A stretch of 64,000 nt of DNA. It comes from an uncultured bacterium. GTDB lineage: Bacteria; Zhuqueibacterota; QNDG01; DTFT01. The stretch is from positions 320,001 to 384,000 of the forward strand of contig CAVTNR010000012.1 of the NCBI GenBank assembly GCA_963736115.1, read 5' to 3'. A program made the position numbers and the translations under genes. Position 1 is the first letter of the stretch, and each line of letters begins with the position of its first letter. Shown piece after piece: positions 1 through 10,763 of the stretch. Below the pieces are notes generated by a model. The model was not told where the DNA came from. It did no database searches and saw only the letters and a program-made list of their open reading frames with translations.

Positions 1-102
1 CAGCAACGGTGTGTCTTCGCCAAAAAGAATAATACGGGGGTCATCCGCCATGGCTTGGGCAAGTGCATCATCAACGGCCTGCGTAAAAAACATGGTTCTC
101 AT
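1..102 (-). CDS. TPP-dependent 2-oxoacid/acetoin dehydrogenase E1 beta subunit, N-terminal fragment (runs off window)
   Basis: Manual translation from ATG at 102 gives MRTMFFTQAVDDALAQAMADDPRIILFGEDTPLL, a typical E1-beta start (AM..D..I...GED). ATGA overlap with the E1 alpha stop. Confidence 0.85.
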   Translation of the reverse strand, partial: MRTMFFTQAVDDALAQAMADDPRIILFGEDTPLL

Positions 103-1127
103 AACGGCACCTCCACCCACGCAGAGGCAAGCACGTTGCTTATCTCTTTCTCAACCTGGTCTTCCAGCTCCTGCAAACGGTCCGGGTCCGACTTCAGGGT
201 TGTGCGCGCATACCGGACCGGGTCATTGGCAGAATCCTGGCGTGGATCGCGCACTGTTGAGAGCACCGCCGCAAGAACGGTTTTCAGCCCTGCCAAGCGT
301 TCGGGTAAAGCAGCCCCGCCACGACTTAAGAATGATTGTGTGAGCGGAACGGCGATACCGGGCATTTCTCTGAGCGGATCGCGCACAATCCTTAACAGTT
401 GATAGCCCAAGAAATGGCCTTCGAAATGTACGCATCGGGCATGCAGGAAGGTCGGCCCCTGACCGGAACGGGCGAGTTCAATCGCCCCCTTGGCAGCCTC
501 CCACACTGCGGACACGTCGTAACCGTCCACTTCAACAGCAGGGATGCCCAGCCCGCGCGCTCGTTCATTCAAATTCCCACCAGTCACCTTTACGGACTGG
601 GTGGTTATAGACCAGCTGTCATCCTTGCAGACAAACAACACGGGCAAATTCCAAGCCGCAGACAGATTCATCGATTCCATCAACATGCCCTGGTTCATTG
701 CCCCTTCTCCGAAAAATGCAACGGCAATTGCACCTGGGTGTAAATATTGTGCCGCTAACGCAAAGCCTGCCGCAGTTGGTCCCGCTGCGCCGACGATCCC
801 TGAAGAAGCGGCCAGAGTTTCTTTCGAAAAGAGGTGCATATGCCCACCCATGCCGCCGCACAGCCCGTCTGAACAACCAAGCAGTTCACGCAGAATAAGA
901 AAAGGGTCTATGCCTCGCATGACCAAAGCTGATGTGCCACGGTGATCTAATGCCATTGCATCACCTTCACGTAAATGGGCAACAACGCCCGCAATAATCG
1001 CTTCTTCGCCTGTTCCAAGATGCATCTCGCCGGAAATCAACCCGTCGTGCCAGAGTTTGGCAATGGCTTCTTCAACTAAACGGCTTTTCAGCATCAACGT
1101 ATAAAGCGACCATAAATCAGGTGGCAT
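99..1127 (-). CDS. TPP-dependent dehydrogenase E1 alpha subunit (pyruvate/acetoin dehydrogenase-like)
   Basis: 342 aa; motifs G.MHL..GEEA, G.GGHMH, GIVGA, TPP-binding FFGEGA.NQG...E..N...W.LPV.FV, VDGYD, GPT. Confidence 0.9.
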   Translation of the reverse strand: MPPDLWSLYTLMLKSRLVEEAIAKLWHDGLISGEMHLGTGEEAIIAGVVAHLREGDAMALDHRGTSALVMRGIDPFLILRELLGCSDGLCGGMGGHMHLFSKETLAASSGIVGAAGPTAAGFALAAQYLHPGAIAVAFFGEGAMNQGMLMESMNLSAAWNLPVLFVCKDDSWSITTQSVKVTGGNLNERARGLGIPAVEVDGYDVSAVWEAAKGAIELARSGQGPTFLHARCVHFEGHFLGYQLLRIVRDPLREMPGIAVPLTQSFLSRGGAALPERLAGLKTVLAAVLSTVRDPRQDSANDPVRYARTTLKSDPDRLQELEDQVEKEISNVLASAWVEVPL

Positions 1128-1155
1128 AAATTCCTCTCTATCAACATCAATTGGC

Positions 1156-1213
1156 GGCTAACGCTCCGGTTCAGCGACGGCGGTATGCCGTCCGCTGGAA
1201 CCGGTTGTTAGCT
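1156..1213 (-). mobile_element. integron attC site (58 bp) closing the katG cassette
   Basis: Minus strand: AGCTAAC-AACCG-GTTCCAGC-GGACGGC ATACC GCCGTC-GCTGAAC-CGGAGC-GTTAGCC. R''/L''/L'/R' layout with an extra base in L'', like aadA-type attC. Confidence 0.92.
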
Positions 1214-1265
1214 GACCATTATTTTACCATACTCTCAGAAGCCTTCGAAGACGTTTATCATACGA

Positions 1266-3624
<2,359 letters not shown>

Positions 3625-3631
3625 CATATTC

Positions 3632-4414
3632 TTATAGATTGCCCCATAAACCTCCATTCATCGTCACACGCGTATTCTCTTTTTTCTCGGATTCAATGTC
3701 GGTAAAGTGACCATGTCCAGGATAAACTATTGTTTTATCAGATAGAGATAAATATAATCTGCGTACAGATTTAACAATATCTTCTTTTGGGCCACTTCCA
3801 GGTAGATCACGCCGTCCGACAGTTCGATAGAATAAAACATCTCCGGATAATAAAATATTCTGTGTGTAAAAACAAATGCTCCCACGGGAATGACCGGGAG
3901 ATAAAAATGTTTTAATTTCTAACTCCCCCAAGCTTAATGTCTGATTATCAAATAATTCGATATCCGGCTTCCCAAGAAGTGATAATTTAAAATTCATCAA
4001 TTCAACTGTGCTTGGAGATTTTTTCATTTCTTCTACCATAGAAGAATCAAGCTTGCTTTCCCATGCTTCATATAGTTTTATATCTTCATGCTCTTCGCGT
4101 GAAAAACATATTTTTACTTCAGGGTATCTCGCCATTATGGCTGGCACACCATAAACATGATCTACATGACAATGTGTACAAAATATATATTTTAACGTTA
4201 GGTTTTTATCAATAATTATTGTTAATAAAGAATCTATCGAACCCCCTACGTCAAACAAAGCTGCCTCTTTACTGTGAGCATCGTACAAGAGATAACAATT
4301 TGTTTTAATTAATCCAGTAACTTGATAATTTAGAATATATTTTTCCTGAGATAAACAGAAATTCGATAAGAAAAGTACCCAAAATAAACTTGTAAAAATA
4401 TATCGTTTTTTCAT
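3632..4414 (-). CDS. secreted MBL-fold metallo-hydrolase (glyoxalase II/YcbL-like), integron cassette gene
   Basis: Start MKKRYIFTSLFWVLFLSNFCLSQ (signal-peptide-like) with upstream GGAGAAGGA RBS; THCHVDH, PGHSRG, SGD, PGHG motifs; strongly AT-rich relative to neighbours. Confidence 0.88.
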   Translation of the reverse strand: MKKRYIFTSLFWVLFLSNFCLSQEKYILNYQVTGLIKTNCYLLYDAHSKEAALFDVGGSIDSLLTIIIDKNLTLKYIFCTHCHVDHVYGVPAIMARYPEVKICFSREEHEDIKLYEAWESKLDSSMVEEMKKSPSTVELMNFKLSLLGKPDIELFDNQTLSLGELEIKTFLSPGHSRGSICFYTQNILLSGDVLFYRTVGRRDLPGSGPKEDIVKSVRRLYLSLSDKTIVYPGHGHFTDIESEKKENTRVTMNGGLWGNL

Positions 4415-4441
4415 ATCCTTCTCCCTACCTTTTACCTTTTG

Positions 4442-4535
4442 GTATAACGGGCTAATCAATGGTTTTGCCTCAAATGATTTTAAAAAGCCTTATGAGATGG
4501 AACGAGGCAAAATCCATTGCATTAGCGGGTTAGAA
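4442..4535 (-). mobile_element. integron attC site (94 bp), first in the array
   Basis: Minus strand: TTCTAAC-CCGCT-AATGCAAT-GGATTTTGCCTC...GAGGCAAAACC-ATTGATT-AGCCC-GTTATAC. Confidence 0.88.
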
Positions 4536-4554
4536 ACATTTTTATTATTGAAGC

Positions 4555-4620
4555 TCCCCGCCGCCCGCTTCGCGGGACCAAGCTATTATATGCCTTCTGT
4601 TTGAAGGCAAGCGGCGGGGA
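4555..4620. repeat. structured repeat copy 1 (outer inverted repeat enclosing two hairpins)
   Basis: TCCCCGCCGC...GCGGCGGGGA arms; internal CCCGC-TTC-GCGGG and TGCCTTC-TGTTT-GAAGGCA; linker ACCAAGCTATTATA. Confidence 0.8.
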
Positions 4621-4664
4621 ATCTTCTATCTGTAGAGAAGAGGCATCTTATATTCGCTCGCTTA

Positions 4665-4728
4665 CCCCGGGGCCCGCTGCGCGGGATCAAGCTATTATAT
4701 GCCTGCTTGTTGAAGACAAGCCCCGGGG
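4665..4728. repeat. structured repeat copy 2
   Basis: CCCCGGGGC...GCCCCGGGG arms; CCCGC-TGC-GCGGG; linker ATCAAGCTATTATATGCCT nearly identical to copy 1. Confidence 0.8.
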
Positions 4729-4899
4729 AATGCGCTCGCTGTCAGATTCACATTCATCGACAATGATTTCCACTGTTTTAAACCGCTTGTTATTCTCATT
4801 GTCGATGCAGTACCGCAGGCAGACGAAACGGTCACCGTAAAATTCCATCCACTTCTTCGAGCCGGGCCGCCCCGGCGGTACCCTTTTGACAATATGCAT
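4687..4899 (-). CDS. small basic hypothetical protein downstream of intI
   Basis: 70 aa, PG.PG.KK....YGDR.VC.RY..D....KRFKTVE.IV pattern, protein-like composition. I recall similar ORFs next to integron integrases but have not verified this. Confidence 0.6.
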   Translation of the reverse strand: MHIVKRVPPGRPGSKKWMEFYGDRFVCLRYCIDNENNKRFKTVEIIVDECESDSERIPRGLSSTSRHIIA

Positions 4900-4973
4900 A
4901 TCTGTTTTTCATGCGTTTGGACCTCCCCGGCGCGCTCCGGTGCAACGATCTGGCGGAACCCGGGGTTGACCCT

Positions 4974-5947
4974 CTATAAATCGTACGCTGGGCTTTTCAC
5001 CCCCAGGCCCCCGCGGTTCAGAACGTGCGTATAAATCTGCGTTGTGGCCACGTTCTCGTGGCCGAGCAGTTCCTGAACCGTCCGGATGTCGCTGCCCCGC
5101 ATCAGAAGGTGCGTCGCGAACGAATGGCGCAGGCTGTGGGGGCCGGCATGCTTCAGTATGCCGGCGCCGCGGATCGCCTGCTTCACGGCCCTTTGAAGAA
5201 CGGTCCCGTCCAGATGATGCCTTCACCTGATCCCGCTTCGCGGATCGATTGAAATCTGCCGCGCGGGAAAAACATACTGCCACGCGAATTCCTTCGAGGC
5301 ATTTGGATATTTGCGTTCAAGGGCGTACGGCATATAAACCGATCCGGTTCCTTCCATTAAATCCTTTTCATGAAGGTTCTTCACTTTCACCAAATGATCC
5401 TTGAGAGGGGCTGCCAGTCTCTCGGGAAGCATGGTGACCCTGTCCTTGAACCCTTTTCCGTCATGAACGGTGATCTGGCGATAGTCAAAATCGATGTCCT
5501 TCACCCTGAGCCGCAGGCATTCCATCAACCGCAATCCGGAACCATACAGGAGCATGGCCAGGATCCAGGCTGTGCCTTTCAATCGACTCATGACCGCCTT
5601 GATTTCGGCGGGCGAGAAGACGACCGGCAGCTTCCTGGGCTTTTCGGCCCATATCAGCTCCAGGTCCCCGATCTTCTTTTCAGAACGTGTTTGTAGAGGA
5701 AAATGACCGCGCAAAGCGCCTGATTCTGGGTCGAGGCTGAAACGTTCCGGCGCACGGCCAGGTGTTTCAGAAATTCGTTGATCTGGTGTTCCCCCAGGTC
5801 CGAGGGATCCCGGTTTTCGTGAAACCTGACGAAGCCGGCCGCCCATCCGAGATAGGCGGTCTCCGTCCTCAGGCTGTAATGCATGGCCCTCAGCACGGCC
5901 CGCATCTCGCCCATCCAGAGGGGGATTTCCGGGGATTGAACGTCCAT
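4974..5947 (-). pseudogene. intI: integron integrase (tyrosine recombinase), interrupted by a homopolymer frameshift (~5678) and an in-frame TGA (5223-5225)
   Basis: [41 protein letters not shown], integron-specific [54 protein letters not shown]. Start may extend to 6070. Confidence 0.93.
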
Positions 5948-6318
5948 ACGGAAGTGTCTCCGCTTTTTTCCGCGAAGCAGCCCCCGATGCGCCGTTGATC
6001 CTGCCTGCCCGACCCGCCACGGTATCTCCTGAATACGAATGCACGGATGCGTTCGGACGGGAATGAACAAAATTTTCGATTATTTTATCGACTCAAAAGC
6101 GTGCATGCCTGCCTGAAAAAGGCGGGTGAAATTCCCCGTCTGACGGCGCCCGGCTGCGCCGCTGTCCGTTAGGAATGATTGAATAAACTCCCTGACATCG
6201 AACGGCATGAATCCCTCCCGTTGCGAGCCTGAGGATGGAAAACCCGGAGATTAATTAGTTGTCTTAATATAGAACGCCTTAAAGAATAAAACAAGAAAAA
6301 CTTTGGCGTTCAAATGCG

Positions 6319-6351
6319 AAAAAGAAAAAGCCCCGGGACACGGCCCTGGGC
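6319..6351 (-). terminator. probable intrinsic terminator of the GH130 operon
   Basis: Minus strand GCCCAGGG-CCGTGT-CCCGGGGC followed by TTTTTCTTTTT. Confidence 0.65.
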
Positions 6352-6415
6352 CTTAAAAATAATACGATTTGGGTCAGCTGTTTCGGACGATCTCAATCTT
6401 TGCGGCCATGGGCGT

Positions 6416-7606
6416 CTACCGTTTCTTTTTGAGAATTTCGAGATTCCTCGCGATGAGTTCGTTCCTCTGCGCCACGCAGGCCGCGGATCGGAGGGGATCC
6501 GGGGGCGTGTTCCGGCAATAGTCCAGGAGCTTTTCCACCGTTGTCGTTGCCACGTGCATGCGGGTGTCGGACGATCCGTAGTAGATGAGCACCCGGCCGT
6601 CCGGCCGTGCCACCCACCCGTTACTGAACACCACGTTCGACACGTCCCCGACCCGCTCCTCGCCCTCGGGCGCGAGAAAGTACCCGCCCGGCTTCCGGGT
6701 GACCCGCGTCGGGTCATTCAGGTCCGTCATCAGCAGATACAGCACGTAGCGGAGCCCGGCGGCCGTGTTCCGCACGCCGTGCGCCAGGTGCAGCCAGCCT
6801 TCGGCTGTTTTGATCGGCGCGGGCCCCTGCCCGTTCTTCACCTCATTGACGGTGTGATAGACCTTCGGGTCGATGATGGTTTCATCGGGGATGGAAGCGT
6901 GTTCGATGGACTCCGACAGGCCGAATCCGATGCCGCCGCCCGATCCGGTGCTGATGAATTCGTCCATGGGCCGTGTGTAGAAAGCGTATTTCCCATTGAC
7001 GAACTCCGGATGCAGAACCACGTTCCTCTGCTGGGGCGACGGGCTCCGGAGGTCGTCGAGCCGCTCCCAGTGCTCGAGATCGCGCGTGCGCGCGATGCCC
7101 GCCTGGGCCGTGGCCGAGGACTGGTCCGCTTGAGGCGCCTTGGGATCTTTCCGCTCCGTGCAGAACACGCCGTATATCCAGCCATCCTCATGGCGAACCA
7201 CCCGCATGTCGTAGACATTGACGTCCGGGTCGTCCGTTTCGGGCATCGAGATGGGAGTGTCCCTGAACCGGAACCGGTCGATTCCGTTCGGGCTCTCCGC
7301 GACAGCGAAGAACGACTTGCGGTCCGCCCCTTCGACCCTCACCACGAGCGCGATTTTCCCGTTGAATTCGATTGCTCCCGAATTGAACGCCGCGTTGATT
7401 CCCAGGCGCTCCATGAGGTGGGGATTGGACGCAAAATCGAAATCGTACCGCCAGAACAACGGCGTGTGTTCCGCGGTGAGCGCCGGGTATTTGTACCGCT
7501 TGAACACGCCGTTCCCGCCGGCCAGGGGCGGGTTGCGGCGCTGGATCAGCGTCTCGTGCCGGAACCGGAGCGCGGCCATCGCCCGTTTGAACTGGTTTCG
7601 GTTCAT
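6416..7606 (-). CDS. GH130 4-O-beta-D-mannosyl-D-glucose phosphorylase-like protein
   Basis: 396 aa; [78 protein letters not shown]. Confidence 0.9.
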   Translation of the reverse strand: MNRNQFKRAMAALRFRHETLIQRRNPPLAGGNGVFKRYKYPALTAEHTPLFWRYDFDFASNPHLMERLGINAAFNSGAIEFNGKIALVVRVEGADRKSFFAVAESPNGIDRFRFRDTPISMPETDDPDVNVYDMRVVRHEDGWIYGVFCTERKDPKAPQADQSSATAQAGIARTRDLEHWERLDDLRSPSPQQRNVVLHPEFVNGKYAFYTRPMDEFISTGSGGGIGFGLSESIEHASIPDETIIDPKVYHTVNEVKNGQGPAPIKTAEGWLHLAHGVRNTAAGLRYVLYLLMTDLNDPTRVTRKPGGYFLAPEGEERVGDVSNVVFSNGWVARPDGRVLIYYGSSDTRMHVATTTVEKLLDYCRNTPPDPLRSAACVAQRNELIARNLEILKKKR

Positions 7607-7639
7607 GATCCTCTTTTCTCCGTCATGCGGACCCGGGCC

Positions 7640-9481
7640 TCAGTCCGAGAGCTTGTTCCACCAGGTCTTCTTCAGGATCAGGGAGGTGATGACGAGCACT
7701 GCGACCGCCTCGAAGAAGGGCGCCGCGCTGCGGATCACCAGGTAGACCGGGATCAGGATCAAACAGGTCTGCCAGATGATGCCGATCACGACATTGAAGG
7801 CGTCGCGCTTGAAATTCGCGTCGGATTTGAACTTGGGATCGGCCTTCACGACCTTATCGTGAATGGGTTTCCAGAAACCCCACGGCCGCACCTGCTTGTA
7901 GAACTGCATCAGAATCTTGTCGTCCTCGGGCCTGGTCAGAAGCGTGCCGAGGACGCACCCGGCAGTGGATAGAACGAGAATGACCGGGAACGAGTACAGG
8001 GCGTACAGGTTCGGCACGATCTCCGGGTAGACCCAGAGGTAGAGACCCGGGAACTTCGACAGCAACAGCGCCGCCGCGATGCCCGTGGCCATGCCCCAGA
8101 AATAACCGTACCCGTTGAACCGCCACCAGTACCACTTCAGGATGTTGGCCGCGGTGTACCCGCCCCACAGGGCCGAGACGATCCACTGCGTGACCTGGTT
8201 GATGTCCCTGGCGTGGAGCCCGAAGAAAATGCCGATGATGACAAACGCGAACGACACGGCGTAGCTCAGCCAGATCAGCTTCCGGTGCGAGGCATTGGGG
8301 TTGATGTAGCGTTTGTAGATGTCATTCACCACGTAGGCCGGGGCCGCGTTGACCGTGGCCGCGAACGTGGACATGAACGCGGCCAGAAGGCCCGCCAGCA
8401 CCAGGCCGAGGAGCCCGGCTGGTATGAAATTGCCCAGTACATACGGGAGCACCTTCTCGAAATCGATTCCCGTGCCCATGGCATTGAGCTGGGGACTGAA
8501 AAAGACGAGCGCCATGATCGTAATGCCGGCGATCATGAGGTAGCGCGTGGGAAACAGGCAGAGGGAGACGAACCAGCTCATCTTGGACGCTTCCTTCGGA
8601 TTCTTCGTTGCGAGCACCCTCTGCATGTCGTAATTGGGCGCAGGCCCCGCGAGGCTGACGAGTATGCCCTTGAAGAGCACCATCATGAAGAAAATGGTGA
8701 AGAGCGAATACCCGTCCTCCGCGATCTTCATGTTCACGCTCTGAATCAGCCCGGACCAGTCAAGGTTCAAATTCCACCCGAAGAAGACGTTCTTCCATCC
8801 TTCAGGCACGGCCGACGCGACCGCTTCGGGCGACGTCCTCATGATGGCCACGATGCCCACGCCCACGCACGACACGGTCATGACCACGAACTGGAGCAGT
8901 TCCGTGACCACGACGCTGTACATGCCGCCCGCCACCACGTACACGGACGTGAGCAGCATCAGGCCGGCCGCGTACCAGTTGCCGTTGGTGACCGGATCCG
9001 CGGAGAACTGCCAGGGCAGGAACATGGCCGCGAACTTGCCCACGCCCGCGAAGTCGTAGGCGATGAATCCGATCACGCTGACCAGGGCGAACACCACCAC
9101 GCTGAGATGCGACAGCACCGCGCCCCTCCCGGTTCCGAACCGGGTGTCGATCCATTCCGCCCCGGTCATGACGTTCGAGCGCCGCATCCATTTCGCGAGA
9201 AACACCATCAGGAAGATCTGGTTGAACACGGGCCAGAGCCACGGAATGAAAATGGACTTGAGGCCGTAGACGAAGGTGATGTAAACCAGCCACATGGTGC
9301 CCGTGATGTCGAACATGCCCGAGGCGTTCGACACGCCGAGTATCCAGTAGGGCAGTCCCTTATCGGCCAGAAAGTACGAATTCAGGCCCTTGGACGCCTT
9401 TTTGGTCAGAATAAAACCGATCATAACGGTCAGAATCAGGTAGACGATGATGATGCCGATGTCGACCGCACCCAGTTTCAT
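7640..9481 (-). CDS. sodium:solute symporter (Na+/sugar cotransporter)
   Basis: 613 aa multi-TM; YFLA...LP.W.LG.S.ASGMFD, GGMYSVV.T, GPAPNYDMQR, AAFMST, FY.QVRPWGFW. Confidence 0.92.
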   Translation of the reverse strand: MKLGAVDIGIIIVYLILTVMIGFILTKKASKGLNSYFLADKGLPYWILGVSNASGMFDITGTMWLVYITFVYGLKSIFIPWLWPVFNQIFLMVFLAKWMRRSNVMTGAEWIDTRFGTGRGAVLSHLSVVVFALVSVIGFIAYDFAGVGKFAAMFLPWQFSADPVTNGNWYAAGLMLLTSVYVVAGGMYSVVVTELLQFVVMTVSCVGVGIVAIMRTSPEAVASAVPEGWKNVFFGWNLNLDWSGLIQSVNMKIAEDGYSLFTIFFMMVLFKGILVSLAGPAPNYDMQRVLATKNPKEASKMSWFVSLCLFPTRYLMIAGITIMALVFFSPQLNAMGTGIDFEKVLPYVLGNFIPAGLLGLVLAGLLAAFMSTFAATVNAAPAYVVNDIYKRYINPNASHRKLIWLSYAVSFAFVIIGIFFGLHARDINQVTQWIVSALWGGYTAANILKWYWWRFNGYGYFWGMATGIAAALLLSKFPGLYLWVYPEIVPNLYALYSFPVILVLSTAGCVLGTLLTRPEDDKILMQFYKQVRPWGFWKPIHDKVVKADPKFKSDANFKRDAFNVVIGIIWQTCLILIPVYLVIRSAAPFFEAVAVLVITSLILKKTWWNKLSD

Positions 9482-9558
9482 GACATTTCTCCTGGTTGGA
9501 CGGATGAGATTGCGTAATAGCCCGTAAAGCGGATAGTATTTTCCGGGAATGAAAGCAC

Positions 9559-9587
9559 AATATAGCGATTCACTCAGAAAAAATCAA
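9559..9587 (-). promoter_or_regulatory. sigma70-type promoter for symporter operon
   Basis: TTGATT-17 nt-TATATT on the minus strand. Confidence 0.55.
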
Positions 9588-9603
9588 CCGCAATCGTTTG
9601 CGG
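9588..9603. promoter_or_regulatory. LacI/GalR-family operator-like palindrome
   Basis: CCGCAATCGTTTGCGG (one mismatch from perfect, central CG) directly abutting the -35 box. Confidence 0.6.
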
Positions 9604-9745
9604 AACCCTGATTTCCCATAAAACCATTTAAAACAGCGGAATTTAAGATCATTTCTCGCAAAATACTATAAATTTGAAGTTTATCAGTGTCGGATACTCG
9701 TCCCTCTCCGCTTCCCCGCTTCCCCGTTTCCGTCCCGCTTCTCCG

Positions 9746-10763
9746 TCACTCCGTCACTCCGTCACTCTTTCCCCGGTTCTGTTCCGAACGGATTTTCGAA
9801 AAGGAAAGCCCCTCGGAAAAGAAATAAACCAGACCCAGGGCTGTAATTGGGATGTACTGACTCAGGTGGTACAGGATGGAAAAGCTCAATGCCTGCGGCC
9901 TGGGTACGCCGAACAGTTCGAGGCTGATAACGGATACGAACTGTATGGTACCCACGAATCCGGGCGCGGATGGCGCAGCGACACCGATGCACAGGATGAC
10001 CAGAACGAAGACGGAGGCGGCCAGGGGCAGGTGAATCCCCGCGGCCATGACGCCGAAATGCAATGACAGCGCCGGAAAAACCCAGAGTGCCACGGAAAGC
10101 GCGGACGCGGCAACCACGGATTTCCAGTCGCGCAGCATGTGGAGCCCCTCCGCGAACGACTCGAGAAAGCCGAGCGCCCGGGTCCGCAGGGCCTGCGGGA
10201 AGGGCCGGAGCATCGCTCCGAAGAATCCGAGTACGGCTCCGGTTTTCGTTTTCAGCGCGATCAGCAGGCCGAGCATCAGGCCGACGGCCCCGAGAGAAAC
10301 CAGGCTCGCCTTGCGGAGCCAGCCCGGAAAAGGCAGGTCCAGGAGTCCGACCGTCACGAGCAGGAAGAGGAGAACGGTGATGCCGTCGAAAAACCCGCTC
10401 CAGGACAATGGTGGCGAATGCGGCGGACACCCGGACGCCGGTTTTCCTTCCGAGCACGAGGGCCCGCACGAACTCGCCGATACGCGCCGGAAGCAGGTTG
10501 TTGGCCATGAAACCGATCATCGTGGAGGGAAACAGGTCCTTCATGCGGACACGAGCCAGCGGCCTGAGGAGCACGCCCCAGCGGACGCACCGGATCCAGA
10601 GTCCGACGAAATTCGCGGTAATGGAAGGAATCAGCCAGACGTAACGGGCTTCCGAAAAAGCCCGGCCCACGTCCCGCAGGTCCGCTTTGCGAAAGGCCAG
10701 CCAGAGAAACAGGCCGCTGATCAGGACGCCGGCCCATAATTTCCAGTCCCGGACTCGTTTCAT
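9746..10763 (-). CDS. lysylphosphatidylglycerol synthase TM-domain / UPF0104 flippase-like membrane protein (frameshift ~10393)
   Basis: IR.VRW..LL, GFMANNLLPARIGEFVRA, TIVLER(VF)D split across two frames, PSAPG.VG. Confidence 0.85.

Noticed and set aside
4555-4728. The two repeats as a CRISPR array, or as a known ribozyme/riboswitch
   Set aside because: Only two copies and no cas genes. I could not match hammerhead, twister, pistol or c-di-GMP cores by eye. TTG(C/T)CT to TATAAT spacing is 14 nt, so it is not a standard sigma70 promoter either.
5223-5225. TGA recoding (Sec/Trp/Gly) in intI
   Set aside because: TGA is the normal stop of many genes here, and the position corresponds to Arg.
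6138-6174. GTCTGAC...GTTAGGA hairpin on + strand upstream of intI, as a possible attI/attC in canonical position
   Set aside because: Only 37 bp, no L boxes and no cassette follows; too weak to call.
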